Part shown: in pieces, positions 10,597-20,320 of the stretch
How the letters are laid out: every line of letters starts with the position of its first letter
Numbering within the stretch: position 1 is the first letter of the stretch
Assembly: GCA_036397035.1 (NCBI GenBank)
Contig: DASWJS010000015.1
Coordinates: 2,105-66,104, forward strand
DNA: 64,000 bases
Source of the DNA: Actinomycetota bacterium
GTDB taxonomy: Bacteria; Actinomycetota; AC-67
Reading direction: 5' to 3'
Notes under the pieces: generated by a model
Seen by the model: only the letters and a program-made list of their open reading frames with translations
Databases searched by the model: none
Told to the model about the DNA's origin: nothing
Program-made: the position numbers and the translations under genes

Positions 10597-12015
10597 TCAT
10601 ACCACGTTCAGCACGACGATCGCGCTCACGCCCGCGTTGAGGATGACGCGGGCCTTGGTGGCGCCCGAAGGAACCTTGCCGTGCTCGAACGTACCGCCGG
10701 CATGGCAGCGCAGCAGCGTCGATCCCTTCAGCCAGCACACGTCCACGTCGAACCGCACCTGCCGGGCGACGACGGGGTAGCCGACCTGCTCCGCCAGCGC
10801 CCCGGCATCGCTGCCGGTGAGCGAGGAGGGAGGTTCCACCGTCGCGGACGCCGTGAAGGCGCGGCCACGGCAGGCTTTGGGCACGGTGTAGGTCTTGGCG
10901 ACGAAGGACGTCTGCTGCGGGCGCTGTTCCTGCGGGAACTGCTTGCGCACCAGCTCGGCTTCGCCCTCCGGGTCGGCGCCGCCGGCGCCGGCCGTGAACA
11001 CCCCGGTCTTGTACGTGCAACCCGCGAGGAACCGCTGTTGCGATCCCGCGATGTTCCAGTGGTCGTAGAGGAAGTTCGACTTCCCCGGCTTCGGGTGGAA
11101 GTAGTCGTTGTGCCGGCAGTCGAAGTGTGTCGTGGAGCAGACGTTGGCCTTGAACCCGTCCGAGTACGGACCGTGGTCGTCGTAGCACATCACGTCCGAG
11201 CCGTCGTTGCAGTGACCCGCGCCCGAGCTGTTCGGAGCGTCGCGCACGACCGCCCCCAAGTTGTGCCCCAGCTCGTGGAGCATCACGCCGGCGGCGCCGC
11301 CTTCGGGGATCCCCCACGTCACCGACCAGTCCGGACCGATGTTGTTCGCGTTGCCCGGCCCGGACGAGCTGTCCCCCATGTCCAGCGTCCCCGTCCCGCC
11401 GGGGGCGCCGGGGAACCGGCCGTCGAAGTAGACCGCGTACTTCGCCATCACGCTGTTGTAGCCCATCTCGAACAGCTCGTTGGTCACGCTGGAGAAGCTC
11501 GTTTGCTCGAGCGGCGTCTGCAGCGTGACGCGATCGACCAGGATGTCTTTCCCCGAGCACAGCACGCGCAGATCGAGCGAACGCTTGAACTCCTTCGCCT
11601 CCTGATGGACGAAGGAGTTCATTCGCTCGACCTCGCGACGGATCATGTAGAGGCGCTTGGCGAAGTTGTCGGGCACGTCGGGGGCTCGCGCGTAGATCAC
11701 GTGGACGTGGAACTCGGTCGCGGCGCTCTTGATGCACGCGGGCTTGCGCATCCCGTCGCCCCCCACGTCGGCGCGCCGGTCCGAGGGCACCGGGTCGCCG
11801 CCGTGGGTGAACACCGCGTCGTCGCCGACCGAGACAAGGAAGCCGCCGGGCACCGGACAGGCCGAGCCGATCGCCGGGACCCACTGCGGACGGTCGCAGC
11901 CGGCGCGATCCGGCGGGCGAGGCGCGCCCGCGGCCGCCGGCGCGGCAAGCGTCGCGAGCGACAGCGCCGCGGCGAGGATCGCGGTTCGAGCGTTCGCCGC
12001 CGCGGGCCTGCTCAC
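10597..12015 (-). CDS. Secreted zinc-metalloprotease-like protein (paralogue A)
   Basis: Signal-peptide-like N-terminus from GTG 12015; HELGHNLG...AGHC.D.SDVMCY. Confidence 0.7.
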   Translation of the reverse strand: MSRPAAANARTAILAAALSLATLAAPAAAGAPRPPDRAGCDRPQWVPAIGSACPVPGGFLVSVGDDAVFTHGGDPVPSDRRADVGGDGMRKPACIKSAATEFHVHVIYARAPDVPDNFAKRLYMIRREVERMNSFVHQEAKEFKRSLDLRVLCSGKDILVDRVTLQTPLEQTSFSSVTNELFEMGYNSVMAKYAVYFDGRFPGAPGGTGTLDMGDSSSGPGNANNIGPDWSVTWGIPEGGAAGVMLHELGHNLGAVVRDAPNSSGAGHCNDGSDVMCYDDHGPYSDGFKANVCSTTHFDCRHNDYFHPKPGKSNFLYDHWNIAGSQQRFLAGCTYKTGVFTAGAGGADPEGEAELVRKQFPQEQRPQQTSFVAKTYTVPKACRGRAFTASATVEPPSSLTGSDAGALAEQVGYPVVARQVRFDVDVCWLKGSTLLRCHAGGTFEHGKVPSGATKARVILNAGVSAIVVLNVV

Positions 12016-12019
12016 GGCA

Positions 12020-13438
12020 TCAGGTGATCGAGAACACCCAGATGGCGTCGACGCCCTGGTTGAGCGTGATCGTGGCTTTGGTGGCGTCGGCGGGGACGGT
12101 GCCCGTCTCTTCGTCCTCACTCTGGAAGCACTTCAGCTTCTTCGAGTTCTTGTAGAAGCACACGTTGACGTCCGCGGGCGCGCGCTGGTTGACGAACCCG
12201 TTCTCGGGGCGGCCGCCGTTGAACTGCGTGCCGGGATGAAGCCCCATGACCTGGTCGGACTGCGGCGGCAACGGCGAGTGGAAGGCGCTGAGGGCGAACT
12301 TGCTCCCCCGGCAGGACGTGGGGATCGAGACGGTCTTGGTCGCCGCGCCCCAGCCTGGGGCGTTCGAACCCGCGACGTCCGCGTTCTGTCCCTGCGCCGC
12401 GAGGCTCATCACGCCCGTCTTGTAGCTGCACCACGCGAGGTACCGGTTCAGCGGCGAGGCGAGGTTCCAGTGGTCCCACAGGTAGTTGCTCTTCTTCGGC
12501 AGCGGGTTGAAGTAGTCGTTGTGCTTGCAGTCGTAGTGCGGCTCCGAGCACACGTTGATCTTGAACGAGGCCTTGTCCCCGCGCGGTCCGCCGTCCGGGT
12601 AGCACATGACGTCGGAGTCGTCGATGCAGTGCCCGGCGAGCGTCGAGTTCGGCGCGGAGTTCTGGACCGCACCCAGGTTGTGCGAGCCCTCGTGCATGAT
12701 GACCGAGGCGCCGCTCGCACCGGTCAGGTTGTAGTCGATGTGGTAGTGCGGACCGTAGTTCGCGGAGTTGTCGGCGCTCAGCTCGTCGTCGGAGATGACG
12801 CCCGCCACGCCCGCGGCCCCGCCCTGCTCGGGCACCCTGTCCACCCACGCCCAGTACTTCGCCATCGGGTTGGCGTATCCCGCGCGACGGATCGCAAGCA
12901 TGGCGCTGAAATAGTCGAGCTGGTTTGCCGGCAGTGGAACCTCAACCTTGAGGATCGACACCTCACCGCCCGAGCACGCCATCCGGTACAACGCCGTGCG
13001 GTCGAACTCCCGCGCCTCGGAGTACAGGAACCCGTTCACCATCCGGATCATCTTTTGGATCTCGGGAACCATCTGGCTGTAGCGGTCGGGCCGGTCCGAC
13101 GGCTTCACGTACAGCATCTGGATGTGGGGCTCGGTCTGCCGGTTCTTGATGCACGAGGGGTTCCGCTGCTTCACCGAGCCGAAGACCCACGCGTCGTGGA
13201 TCTCCGTGACCAAGTCCGGCCCGTGCGTCTCGGACACGTACCCGTCCGGCAGCGTGACCCGATACAGCCCGTTGGCTTGCAGGCACGCGGGACCGACCGC
13301 GGGCACGTAGATCTCGGGGCCGCAATCGGGCGCCGGTTCCCGGATGGCGCCGACGGGCAGCACGGTCCCGGCCAGCCCGACGGCTGCCACCGCGACCAAG
13401 CCGACGAGGCCGGCTCGCCTGGAAACACCCTTCATCAT
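12020..13438 (-). CDS. Secreted zinc-metalloprotease-like protein (paralogue B)
   Basis: Signal peptide MKGVSRRAGLVGLVAVAAVGLA; HEGSHNLG...AGHCIDDSDVMCY; start uncertain (13453/13438/13435). Confidence 0.7.
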   Translation of the reverse strand: MMKGVSRRAGLVGLVAVAAVGLAGTVLPVGAIREPAPDCGPEIYVPAVGPACLQANGLYRVTLPDGYVSETHGPDLVTEIHDAWVFGSVKQRNPSCIKNRQTEPHIQMLYVKPSDRPDRYSQMVPEIQKMIRMVNGFLYSEAREFDRTALYRMACSGGEVSILKVEVPLPANQLDYFSAMLAIRRAGYANPMAKYWAWVDRVPEQGGAAGVAGVISDDELSADNSANYGPHYHIDYNLTGASGASVIMHEGSHNLGAVQNSAPNSTLAGHCIDDSDVMCYPDGGPRGDKASFKINVCSEPHYDCKHNDYFNPLPKKSNYLWDHWNLASPLNRYLAWCSYKTGVMSLAAQGQNADVAGSNAPGWGAATKTVSIPTSCRGSKFALSAFHSPLPPQSDQVMGLHPGTQFNGGRPENGFVNQRAPADVNVCFYKNSKKLKCFQSEDEETGTVPADATKATITLNQGVDAIWVFSIT

Positions 13439-13617
13439 CCGAGGAGTCCGCATCGCCTCATGGGTTCGATGCGGCCTCAGCGATTCCCTCCCGTACGAAG
13501 CGGGCTGATAGCCCATTTCCGCTCGTCAGCGATGGTAACAGCTACCCGACATGCCTCCCAAACGCGGCGTCTTCGGGCACGAGAACGGACATCCTTCGTG
13601 AATCAGGAGGCGGCGGC

Positions 13618-15909
13618 TCAGGCGGCACGTTCGCCGTAAGCCTGCCAGGCTCCGCCGGTGCCGAGCCTGACCGTGACGGTGCCCGCGAGGTCGGTGCGCA
13701 GCACCTCCATCGAGGACAGGGCCTCCAGCGTCGCCGGAGCCGGGTGGCCGAAGCTGTTCGGTCCGACGGGGATGAGGGCAAGCGCCGCGCCGGTGCTCGC
13801 GTAGAACGCCGGCAGCATCCGCGCCGAGCCGTGGTGCGACACTTTGAGAACGTCGGCGCGCAGCGCCGCCGGGCGCGCGAGCAGCTCGGCCTGCGCCGCC
13901 TCCTCGGTCTCGCCGGCGTAGAGCATCGAGGCCTCGCCGTAGGCGATCCGCATGACGACGGAGTTGTTGTTGACGTCCGAGGGGGTCCCGGCCATCTGCC
14001 GGAGCGGCGGCCACAGAACCTCGACACGCGCCTCGCCGAGGGCGAACGTCGTGCCCGCTCGCGCGCGTTCGCGCGGCACGCCGGCAGCGTCGAGGCCGTC
14101 GACGAGCGCGCGGTAGGAGGCGAGGTCGTCCTCGATGAACGGGTCGAGCGCCCGGCCGATCGGGATGCGCCCCGGCAGCGCGGTCAATCCTGCGACGTGG
14201 TCCTCGTGTGGGTGCGAGATCACCATCACGTCGAGCCGTTCGATCCCCGCTTCACGGAGGTGGCGCACCAGCGCATCGGGATCGGGCCCGCCGTCGACGA
14301 GCATCGCGTGGCCGCCCGCTCGAACGACGATCGCCTCGCCCTGACCGACGTCGAGCATCGTGACGACGAGCCCGCCGTCGGGCGGAGGCCCGGTGACGTG
14401 CAGCACCGCCGCGCCCGCCACGAAGAGCAGAACACCGACGAGGACGGTCCTTGCGCCGCGCGTCGCGCGCGCCGGCATCACCACCACGACCGCCACGACG
14501 CCGAGCGCGAGCGCCGTCGCGACCCCGCCCGCGCCGTCCGGCGTGCGAACCGCCGCGAGCGGCAGGTGCGCGAGCGCGCTTGCCGCCCGCTGCATCCACC
14601 ACAGGAACGGCACCGCGCCCCACGCGATCGAGCCGAGCGGCGCCCACGCCGCGCCGAGGACGCCGGCAACCATGCCAAGGATGGTCGCCGGCGCCACGAC
14701 CGGCGCCACGACCAGGTTGGCGGCCAGGCCGATCAGCGAGACCTGGTGGAACCGCAGCGCGATCAACGGCCCGACCGCGAGCTGCGCGCCCAGCGTCACC
14801 GCCGCAACCGCGGCAATGCGCCCGGGCGGCAGCCGTGCCGCGACGCGCGGGCCGATCACCAGGATGCCGAGCGTCGCGACCGCCGAGAGCTGGAACCCGG
14901 CCGAGTAGACCAGGAACGGGTCGTGGCACAGGAGGGTGAGGCACGCGAGGCCGAGCGCGTTCAGCGCTTGGGCTCGCGTGCCGGTCAGCAGCGCGGCCAG
15001 GCCCACCACCGCCATGACGCCCGCGCGCATGACGCTCGGCTCGAACCGCGTGACCGCCACGAACGCGAGCACCGTCAGGCCCAAACAGGCAATGCTCACC
15101 CGGCGCCCCGCGCGCAGCAGTCGCACGAGCAGCGCGACGACGGCGAGCACCATCGCGACGTTCGCCCCGCTCACCGCCACCAGGTGCAGAAGTCCCGTCG
15201 TACGGAAGTCCACCTCGACCGCAGGGTCCAGCAGGGTCACGTCGCCGATCGTGACGCCGAGCAGCAGCCCGCGGTGGCGCTCGGGAATGCGAGCCGCGGC
15301 GTCGCGAATCGCCGCGCGGCCCGCGTCGGCGACGCGAGTCAGGGGATCGCCCGCGCGCCCGACGATCGTCACGGCGTCCGGCTCGGCGAAGGCGCGCGCC
15401 GCCACGCCTCGGTGACGGAGCCGCGCCGCGGACGCCAGGATCGCCGCGTCCGCCCCGGGCATCGCGAGCGGACGGAGCGCCGCGTCGACGCGGACGAGCG
15501 CCCCGGCCTCCAGCCGCTCGCCGGGCGGGGGCCGGATCGTGAGCAGCACGCGCTCGTGGACGCGCACCGGCTCGCCGTCGATCTCGGCGGCGCCGACGGC
15601 GAGGATCGCGCGCGCCTCACCGGCGCCGTCGGTCGCGTCGGTCAGCACGCGACCGTGCATCAGGGCCCGGGCGCCGGTGGCGCCGCCCCGGGCGAGCGCC
15701 GCGTCCTCCAGCGCGGCGAGCTTCAGGCCCGCGAGCGCGATGCCGATCGCCACGCCGAGCACGAGCGCCGCCGCGGGCGCTCGCACGGAGAGGAACAGGA
15801 TCAGCACGCCGCTCGACAGCGCGAGACACGCGACCGGCGAAGGCCGGAGCGCCTCGCCGGCCACGACGCCGGCCGCGACCGCCGCCGCGAGGGCGATCGA
15901 GCGCGGCAT
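13618..15909 (-). CDS. comEC: DNA uptake channel ComEC/Rec2 with metallo-beta-lactamase domain
   Basis: GLLHLVAVSGANVA competence motif, SHPHEDH MBL motif, VLKVSHHGS; ATG overlaps the comEA stop (TGATG). Lies inside the long 13618-19065 track ORF. Confidence 0.92.
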   Translation of the reverse strand: MPRSIALAAAVAAGVVAGEALRPSPVACLALSSGVLILFLSVRAPAAALVLGVAIGIALAGLKLAALEDAALARGGATGARALMHGRVLTDATDGAGEARAILAVGAAEIDGEPVRVHERVLLTIRPPPGERLEAGALVRVDAALRPLAMPGADAAILASAARLRHRGVAARAFAEPDAVTIVGRAGDPLTRVADAGRAAIRDAAARIPERHRGLLLGVTIGDVTLLDPAVEVDFRTTGLLHLVAVSGANVAMVLAVVALLVRLLRAGRRVSIACLGLTVLAFVAVTRFEPSVMRAGVMAVVGLAALLTGTRAQALNALGLACLTLLCHDPFLVYSAGFQLSAVATLGILVIGPRVAARLPPGRIAAVAAVTLGAQLAVGPLIALRFHQVSLIGLAANLVVAPVVAPATILGMVAGVLGAAWAPLGSIAWGAVPFLWWMQRAASALAHLPLAAVRTPDGAGGVATALALGVVAVVVVMPARATRGARTVLVGVLLFVAGAAVLHVTGPPPDGGLVVTMLDVGQGEAIVVRAGGHAMLVDGGPDPDALVRHLREAGIERLDVMVISHPHEDHVAGLTALPGRIPIGRALDPFIEDDLASYRALVDGLDAAGVPRERARAGTTFALGEARVEVLWPPLRQMAGTPSDVNNNSVVMRIAYGEASMLYAGETEEAAQAELLARPAALRADVLKVSHHGSARMLPAFYASTGAALALIPVGPNSFGHPAPATLEALSSMEVLRTDLAGTVTVRLGTGGAWQAYGERAA

Positions 15910-16568
15910 CACACCGTCACCAGCGGCTCGAGCGAGGCGAAGGTCTTGTCGCCGATCCCGCTGACGTTCTTGAGATCCTCGACGCTGCGGAAGCCGCCGT
16001 GCTGCTCGCGATAGTCCATGATCCGCTGCGCCAGGACCGGACCGATTCCGGGCAACGACTCGAGGTCGGCCTGGGAAGCGGTGTTGATGTTGACCAGGCC
16101 CGGCTCGTCCGCCCCGGCCGGCGCGCTTCCCCTGCTCTTGGCCGGGATGACGACCTGCTCGCCGTCGGCGAGCGGGCGCGCGAGGTTGATCGCGCCGCGA
16201 TCGGCTCCCTTCACGAAGCCGCCCGCTGCGCGCACCGCGTCGATCACCCGGTCGCCCTCGAGCAGCTCGTAGACGCCGGGCCGCTTCACCTCGCCGACGA
16301 CGTGAACGACGATGGGCAGGCCGGCCGCGGCCGGTTCGGACGACGACGCCGCCGCCGGGGTGAGCGCCGCGCTGCTCGCCACCGGTCGCGCCCGCACGTA
16401 GGCGAGCACCGCGCCCGTAACGACCAGCGCGGCCAGCAGGCCGAGCACCACCACCTCGCGCGGGCTGAAGCGGAGCGCGTCGAGCAGCCGCGCGCGCAGC
16501 AAGCCGAGCACCGTCGGTTGGGGCTCGGCGGACGAGGGCGGAGCGGAGTTGCTCGCGTCGTTCTCCAT
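15909..16568 (-). CDS. comEA: DNA-binding competence protein ComEA
   Basis: TM helix, SLBB (VHVVGEVKRPGVYEL), HhH (VNINTAS...LPGIGPVLAQRI). Confidence 0.94.
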   Translation of the reverse strand: MENDASNSAPPSSAEPQPTVLGLLRARLLDALRFSPREVVVLGLLAALVVTGAVLAYVRARPVASSAALTPAAASSSEPAAAGLPIVVHVVGEVKRPGVYELLEGDRVIDAVRAAGGFVKGADRGAINLARPLADGEQVVIPAKSRGSAPAGADEPGLVNINTASQADLESLPGIGPVLAQRIMDYREQHGGFRSVEDLKNVSGIGDKTFASLEPLVTV

Positions 16569-16652
16569 CGCGCGAACGGCTGGCGGGAAGGCGGGGGTAA
16601 CGGTGACACCCGCCCGGGGGCGGGTCACGGATGGGCGGAGCGCGCCGAAGCG

Positions 16653-19106
16653 CTACTTCACGACGAAGTTGACGAGCTTCGGAGGCCGGATGATCGTCTT
16701 GACGATCTCCTTGCCGTCGACGTGACGCCGCACGTTGTCCGAGGCCAGCGCGCGCTCGCGCATCTCGTCCTCGCCGATGCCGGCCGGCACCTCGATCGTG
16801 TCGCGCACCTTGCCCAGGACTTGCACGACCATGGTGACCGTCTCGACCGTCAGCAGAGCCGGGTCGGCGTCCGGCCAGGGCGCGCGCAGCAGCGGGGTCG
16901 CATTGCCCCAGCGGTGCCACAGCTCCTCGGTCACGAACGGCGCGAAGGGCGAGAGCAGCTTCACCAGCGCCACCACGGCCTCGCACACGTCGGCCTCGGC
17001 GGCGTCCTTCCGGTCGGCGATCTCGTTGGACAGCGTCATCATCTTCGCGATGGCCGTGTTGAAGCGGAAGCGCTCGACATCGCCGGTCACGCCCTCGATC
17101 GCGCGGTGGGTCGCGCGCCGCAGCGGCGAGTCGCCCGCGGGTTGCGGGCCCGCCGCGATCGACTCGGCATGGGCGACGCCCAGCCGCCACACGCGCGAGA
17201 TCCACCGGTAGACGCCCTGCGGGTTGACGTCGGCCCAGTCCACGTCGGCCTCGAACGGCCCGGCGAACATCATCGTGACGCGGGCAGTGTCCGCCCCGTA
17301 GTCGTCGATGATCGCCGAAGGCCGCACCAGGTTCCCGCGCGTCTTGGACATCTTCGAGCCGTCCATGACCACGTCGCCCTGGTTCACCAGGTTGGGATAG
17401 GGCTCGGCGAAGGGCACCAGGCCCAGGTCGTGGCAGACCTTGGTGAAGAAGCGCGAGTAGATCAGGTGGCCGGTCGCGTGCGTGATTCCCCCCACGTACT
17501 GGTCCACCGGCATCCAGCGGGCGACCGATTCGGTGTCGAAGGCGGCGTCCTGGCTCGGCCCCGCGTAGCGGAAGAAGTACCACGACGAGTCGATGAACGT
17601 GTCGAGCGTGTCGGTCTCGCGCTTCGCGTCGCCGCCGCAGCTCGGACACGGCACGTTCACCCAGCCCTCGATCTTGGCCAACGGCGACTGCCCGGTGCCG
17701 GTCGGCAGCCAGTCGGTCAGCTCCGGCAGCTCGACCGGGAGCTGGTCCTCGGGGACCGAAACCTCGCCGCAACGCGGACAGTGCACGATCGGGATCGGGC
17801 AGCCCCACGCGCGCTGGCGCGAGACGTTCCAGTCGCGCAGGCGGTAGCGCACGCGGCCGGTCCCCAGCCCTTCGGCCTCCAGCCACTTCACGACGGCGGC
17901 GATCCCGCCCGGCGTCGCGGTGCCGTCGAAGTCGCCCGAGTTCGCCATCAGTCCTTCGCCTTCGTAGGCGGCTTCCATCGTGTCGGCGTCGAGGCGCGCG
18001 TCGTCGGGTTGGATGACCACGCGCACGGGCAGCCCTTCCTGGCGAGCGAACTCGAAGTCGCGCTGGTCGTGCGCGGGGACGGCCATGATCGCGCCGGTCC
18101 CGTACTCCATCAGCACGTAGTCGGCCAGCCAGATCGGGATGTGCTCGCCGTTGACGGGGTTGATCGCGTGCGAGCCGGTGAAGATGCCCTCGCGCGCGTG
18201 CCCGGCCGCGGTGCGCTCGATCTCGGTCTTCGAGCGCACGCGGTCCACGAACGACCGGAACTCGTCGCGCCGGATCGGCGCCGTCAGCCGCTCGGCGAAC
18301 GGGTGCTCCGGCGCGAGCACCATGAAAGTCGCGCCCCACAGCGTGTCCGGCCGCGTGGTGTAGATCGTCAGCTCGTCGCCGGTCTCGGCGATCGTGAAGG
18401 TCACGTCGGCGCCCTGCGAGCGCCCGATCCAGTTGCGCTGGATCGTCAGCAGCCGCTCGCTCCAGCCGGTGAGCCGCTCCATGTCGTCCAGCAGCCGCTG
18501 CGCGTACTCCGACTCGCGGAAGAACCACTGCACCAGGTCGCGCTTGGTGACGGGCGTGTCGCATCGCTCGCACAGCCCGCCGATCACCTGCTCGTTGGCC
18601 AGCACGGTCTTGTCCTTCGGGCACCAGTTCGTCGGCGAGGACTTCCGGTAGACCAGGCCGGCCTCGCGGAACTTCAGGAACAGCCACTGCGTCCAGCGGT
18701 AGTACTCGGGGTCGCACGTGTGGAAGCGGCGAGTCCAGTCGAACGAGAATCCCACGCGCTTGAACGACTCCGCCTGCTGCTCGATGTTGGCGTAGGTCCA
18801 CGTGCGCGGGTTGATGCCGCGCTTGATGGCCGCGTTCTCCGCGTTCAGGCCGAAGGCGTCCCAGCCCATCGGGTGCAGGACGTTGAAGCCGCGCATCCAC
18901 TTGTAGCGCGCGACGATGTCGCCGCCCGTGTAGGCCTCCAGGTGCCCCATGTGCAGGTCGCCGGAGGGGTACGGGAACATGTCGAGCATGTAGAACTTCG
19001 GCTTGGCGCTCGTGGCCGGGTCCTCGGCCGTGAACAGCCCGTCGGCGACCCAGCGCTCGGCCCACGCGGGCTCGATCGCGTGCGGATCGTAGGCGTCCTG
19101 GCTCAT
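16653..19106 (-). CDS. leuS: Leucine--tRNA ligase
   Basis: MFPYPSGDLHMGH (HIGH), KMSKT (KMSKS), editing domain TTRPDT. Confidence 0.98.
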   Translation of the reverse strand: MSQDAYDPHAIEPAWAERWVADGLFTAEDPATSAKPKFYMLDMFPYPSGDLHMGHLEAYTGGDIVARYKWMRGFNVLHPMGWDAFGLNAENAAIKRGINPRTWTYANIEQQAESFKRVGFSFDWTRRFHTCDPEYYRWTQWLFLKFREAGLVYRKSSPTNWCPKDKTVLANEQVIGGLCERCDTPVTKRDLVQWFFRESEYAQRLLDDMERLTGWSERLLTIQRNWIGRSQGADVTFTIAETGDELTIYTTRPDTLWGATFMVLAPEHPFAERLTAPIRRDEFRSFVDRVRSKTEIERTAAGHAREGIFTGSHAINPVNGEHIPIWLADYVLMEYGTGAIMAVPAHDQRDFEFARQEGLPVRVVIQPDDARLDADTMEAAYEGEGLMANSGDFDGTATPGGIAAVVKWLEAEGLGTGRVRYRLRDWNVSRQRAWGCPIPIVHCPRCGEVSVPEDQLPVELPELTDWLPTGTGQSPLAKIEGWVNVPCPSCGGDAKRETDTLDTFIDSSWYFFRYAGPSQDAAFDTESVARWMPVDQYVGGITHATGHLIYSRFFTKVCHDLGLVPFAEPYPNLVNQGDVVMDGSKMSKTRGNLVRPSAIIDDYGADTARVTMMFAGPFEADVDWADVNPQGVYRWISRVWRLGVAHAESIAAGPQPAGDSPLRRATHRAIEGVTGDVERFRFNTAIAKMMTLSNEIADRKDAAEADVCEAVVALVKLLSPFAPFVTEELWHRWGNATPLLRAPWPDADPALLTVETVTMVVQVLGKVRDTIEVPAGIGEDEMRERALASDNVRRHVDGKEIVKTIIRPPKLVNFVVK

Positions 19107-19160
19107 GGTGCGCGTCAGTCTATCGAGGCGCGGATCGAGCTTCGCGCGGGTTTCGCCTCG

Positions 19161-20174
19161 TCAGGCCGCCCAGGCGGCGAGGAACGCGAGCGCGACCGTC
19201 GCGGCGTTGTCGGCGGCGAGCTGGCGGTAGTAGAAGAACTGGAACGGGAAGCCCGGCAGCCCGAGTGGGTCGCCGCCGCCGTCCGAAGCCGCACGGAACG
19301 CGATGAAGGGCACGCCCTTCTCCTCCGCGACCTTGGCGACCGCGGCAGTCTCCATGTCGAGCGCCACGTAGTCGCCCGGGGGCGGGGCCGAGGCGCCGAA
19401 GTAGTTGAAGAAGAAGTTCGGATCCACGAACGGCACGGCATGCTCGACGGTTCGCCGAGCCTCCGGCGCCCCGGTCGTCAGGGGAACGCGGCAGGGATGG
19501 CAGCCGAAGACGTCGCCGCCGCCGGGGAAGCACGGCAGCGTGCGCCCCTCGAAGCCGTCCGAGCTGGCGCCGTGCGCGCCCATGCGGATCCGCGGCTCCT
19601 CGGTGACGGTGACGGTCGTGACCGCGCGCGGGTCCGCGCCGACGCACGCGGGATCGCCCGCCGGCACGTCGCTCGCGAGCAGGACCGAGCCGCTCGACGC
19701 GACCGCCTCCGCCGTCGCGTACATCGCCGGGTCGACGGCGAAGTGGTGAACGCCGTCCAGCGTCCAGCCCTCCGGCACCATCACGTCGCCGATGTTGGGC
19801 CCTCCCGAGACGCCGGAAAACACGATCCCTTGGATGGTCGTGGCGTCCGCGCAGGAGAAGTGCTCGAGCGCGAGCCGGGTCGTTCTGTCCGCGTTCACCA
19901 GCCCGATCCCGGTCAACGCGAGCACGACGTCGTTGTCTTCGAGCGTCCCGACGTAGAAGGTGCCGGCGCCGGACGAGCCGTCGACGGCCTCGACGCGCTC
20001 GACGCTCGCCGCGCCGAGAAGCATGTCGATCTCTCCCGGAAAGGCCGACAGCACGAGCAGGCGGGGCGTGCAGTCGGGCTCCGCGGGCGCGAGGCTGGGC
20101 GCGCCGGCCACCGCCAGCGCGACCGCGATCAGAGCCGTTGCGCGCCTCACCAGAGCGGGGTTCGCCGCGCGCAC
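19161..20174 (-). CDS. MTA/SAH nucleosidase / nucleoside phosphorylase-fold protein with probable signal peptide
   Basis: [38 protein letters not shown]; hydrophobic N-terminus. Confidence 0.75.
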   Translation of the reverse strand: MRAANPALVRRATALIAVALAVAGAPSLAPAEPDCTPRLLVLSAFPGEIDMLLGAASVERVEAVDGSSGAGTFYVGTLEDNDVVLALTGIGLVNADRTTRLALEHFSCADATTIQGIVFSGVSGGPNIGDVMVPEGWTLDGVHHFAVDPAMYATAEAVASSGSVLLASDVPAGDPACVGADPRAVTTVTVTEEPRIRMGAHGASSDGFEGRTLPCFPGGGDVFGCHPCRVPLTTGAPEARRTVEHAVPFVDPNFFFNYFGASAPPPGDYVALDMETAAVAKVAEEKGVPFIAFRAASDGGGDPLGLPGFPFQFFYYRQLAADNAATVALAFLAAWAA

Positions 20175-20242
20175 GCCTGCATCCTGCCTGGCGGAGATGC
20201 CGGTCGCGGGCGCGGGCGCCGCTGCTAGAATCCCGCGAACGC

Positions 20243-20315
20243 GGGGCTGTAGCTCAGTTGGTAGAGCGCCACGATGGCATCGTGGAAGTCAGGGGTTCGA
20301 ATCCCCTCAGCTCCA
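20243..20315 (+). tRNA. tRNA-Ala(GGC), CCA not encoded
   Basis: GGGGCTG/CAGCTCC acceptor stem with G3:U70, anticodon arm CCACG-AT GGC AT-CGTGG, GTTCGAAT T-loop; TAGAAT -10 upstream. Confidence 0.98.
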
Positions 20316-20320
20316 CTTGA
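20302..20320 (+). repeat. att site (left copy, tRNA 3' end)
   Basis: 19-bp repeat with 1 mismatch to 25903-25921. Confidence 0.85.

Noticed and set aside
19107-19160. T-box leader for leuS
   Set aside because: The intergenic space is only ~54 bp and has no T-box sequence
20138-20320. Short ORFs overlapping the tRNA
   Set aside because: They are translations of the tRNA-Ala gene itself
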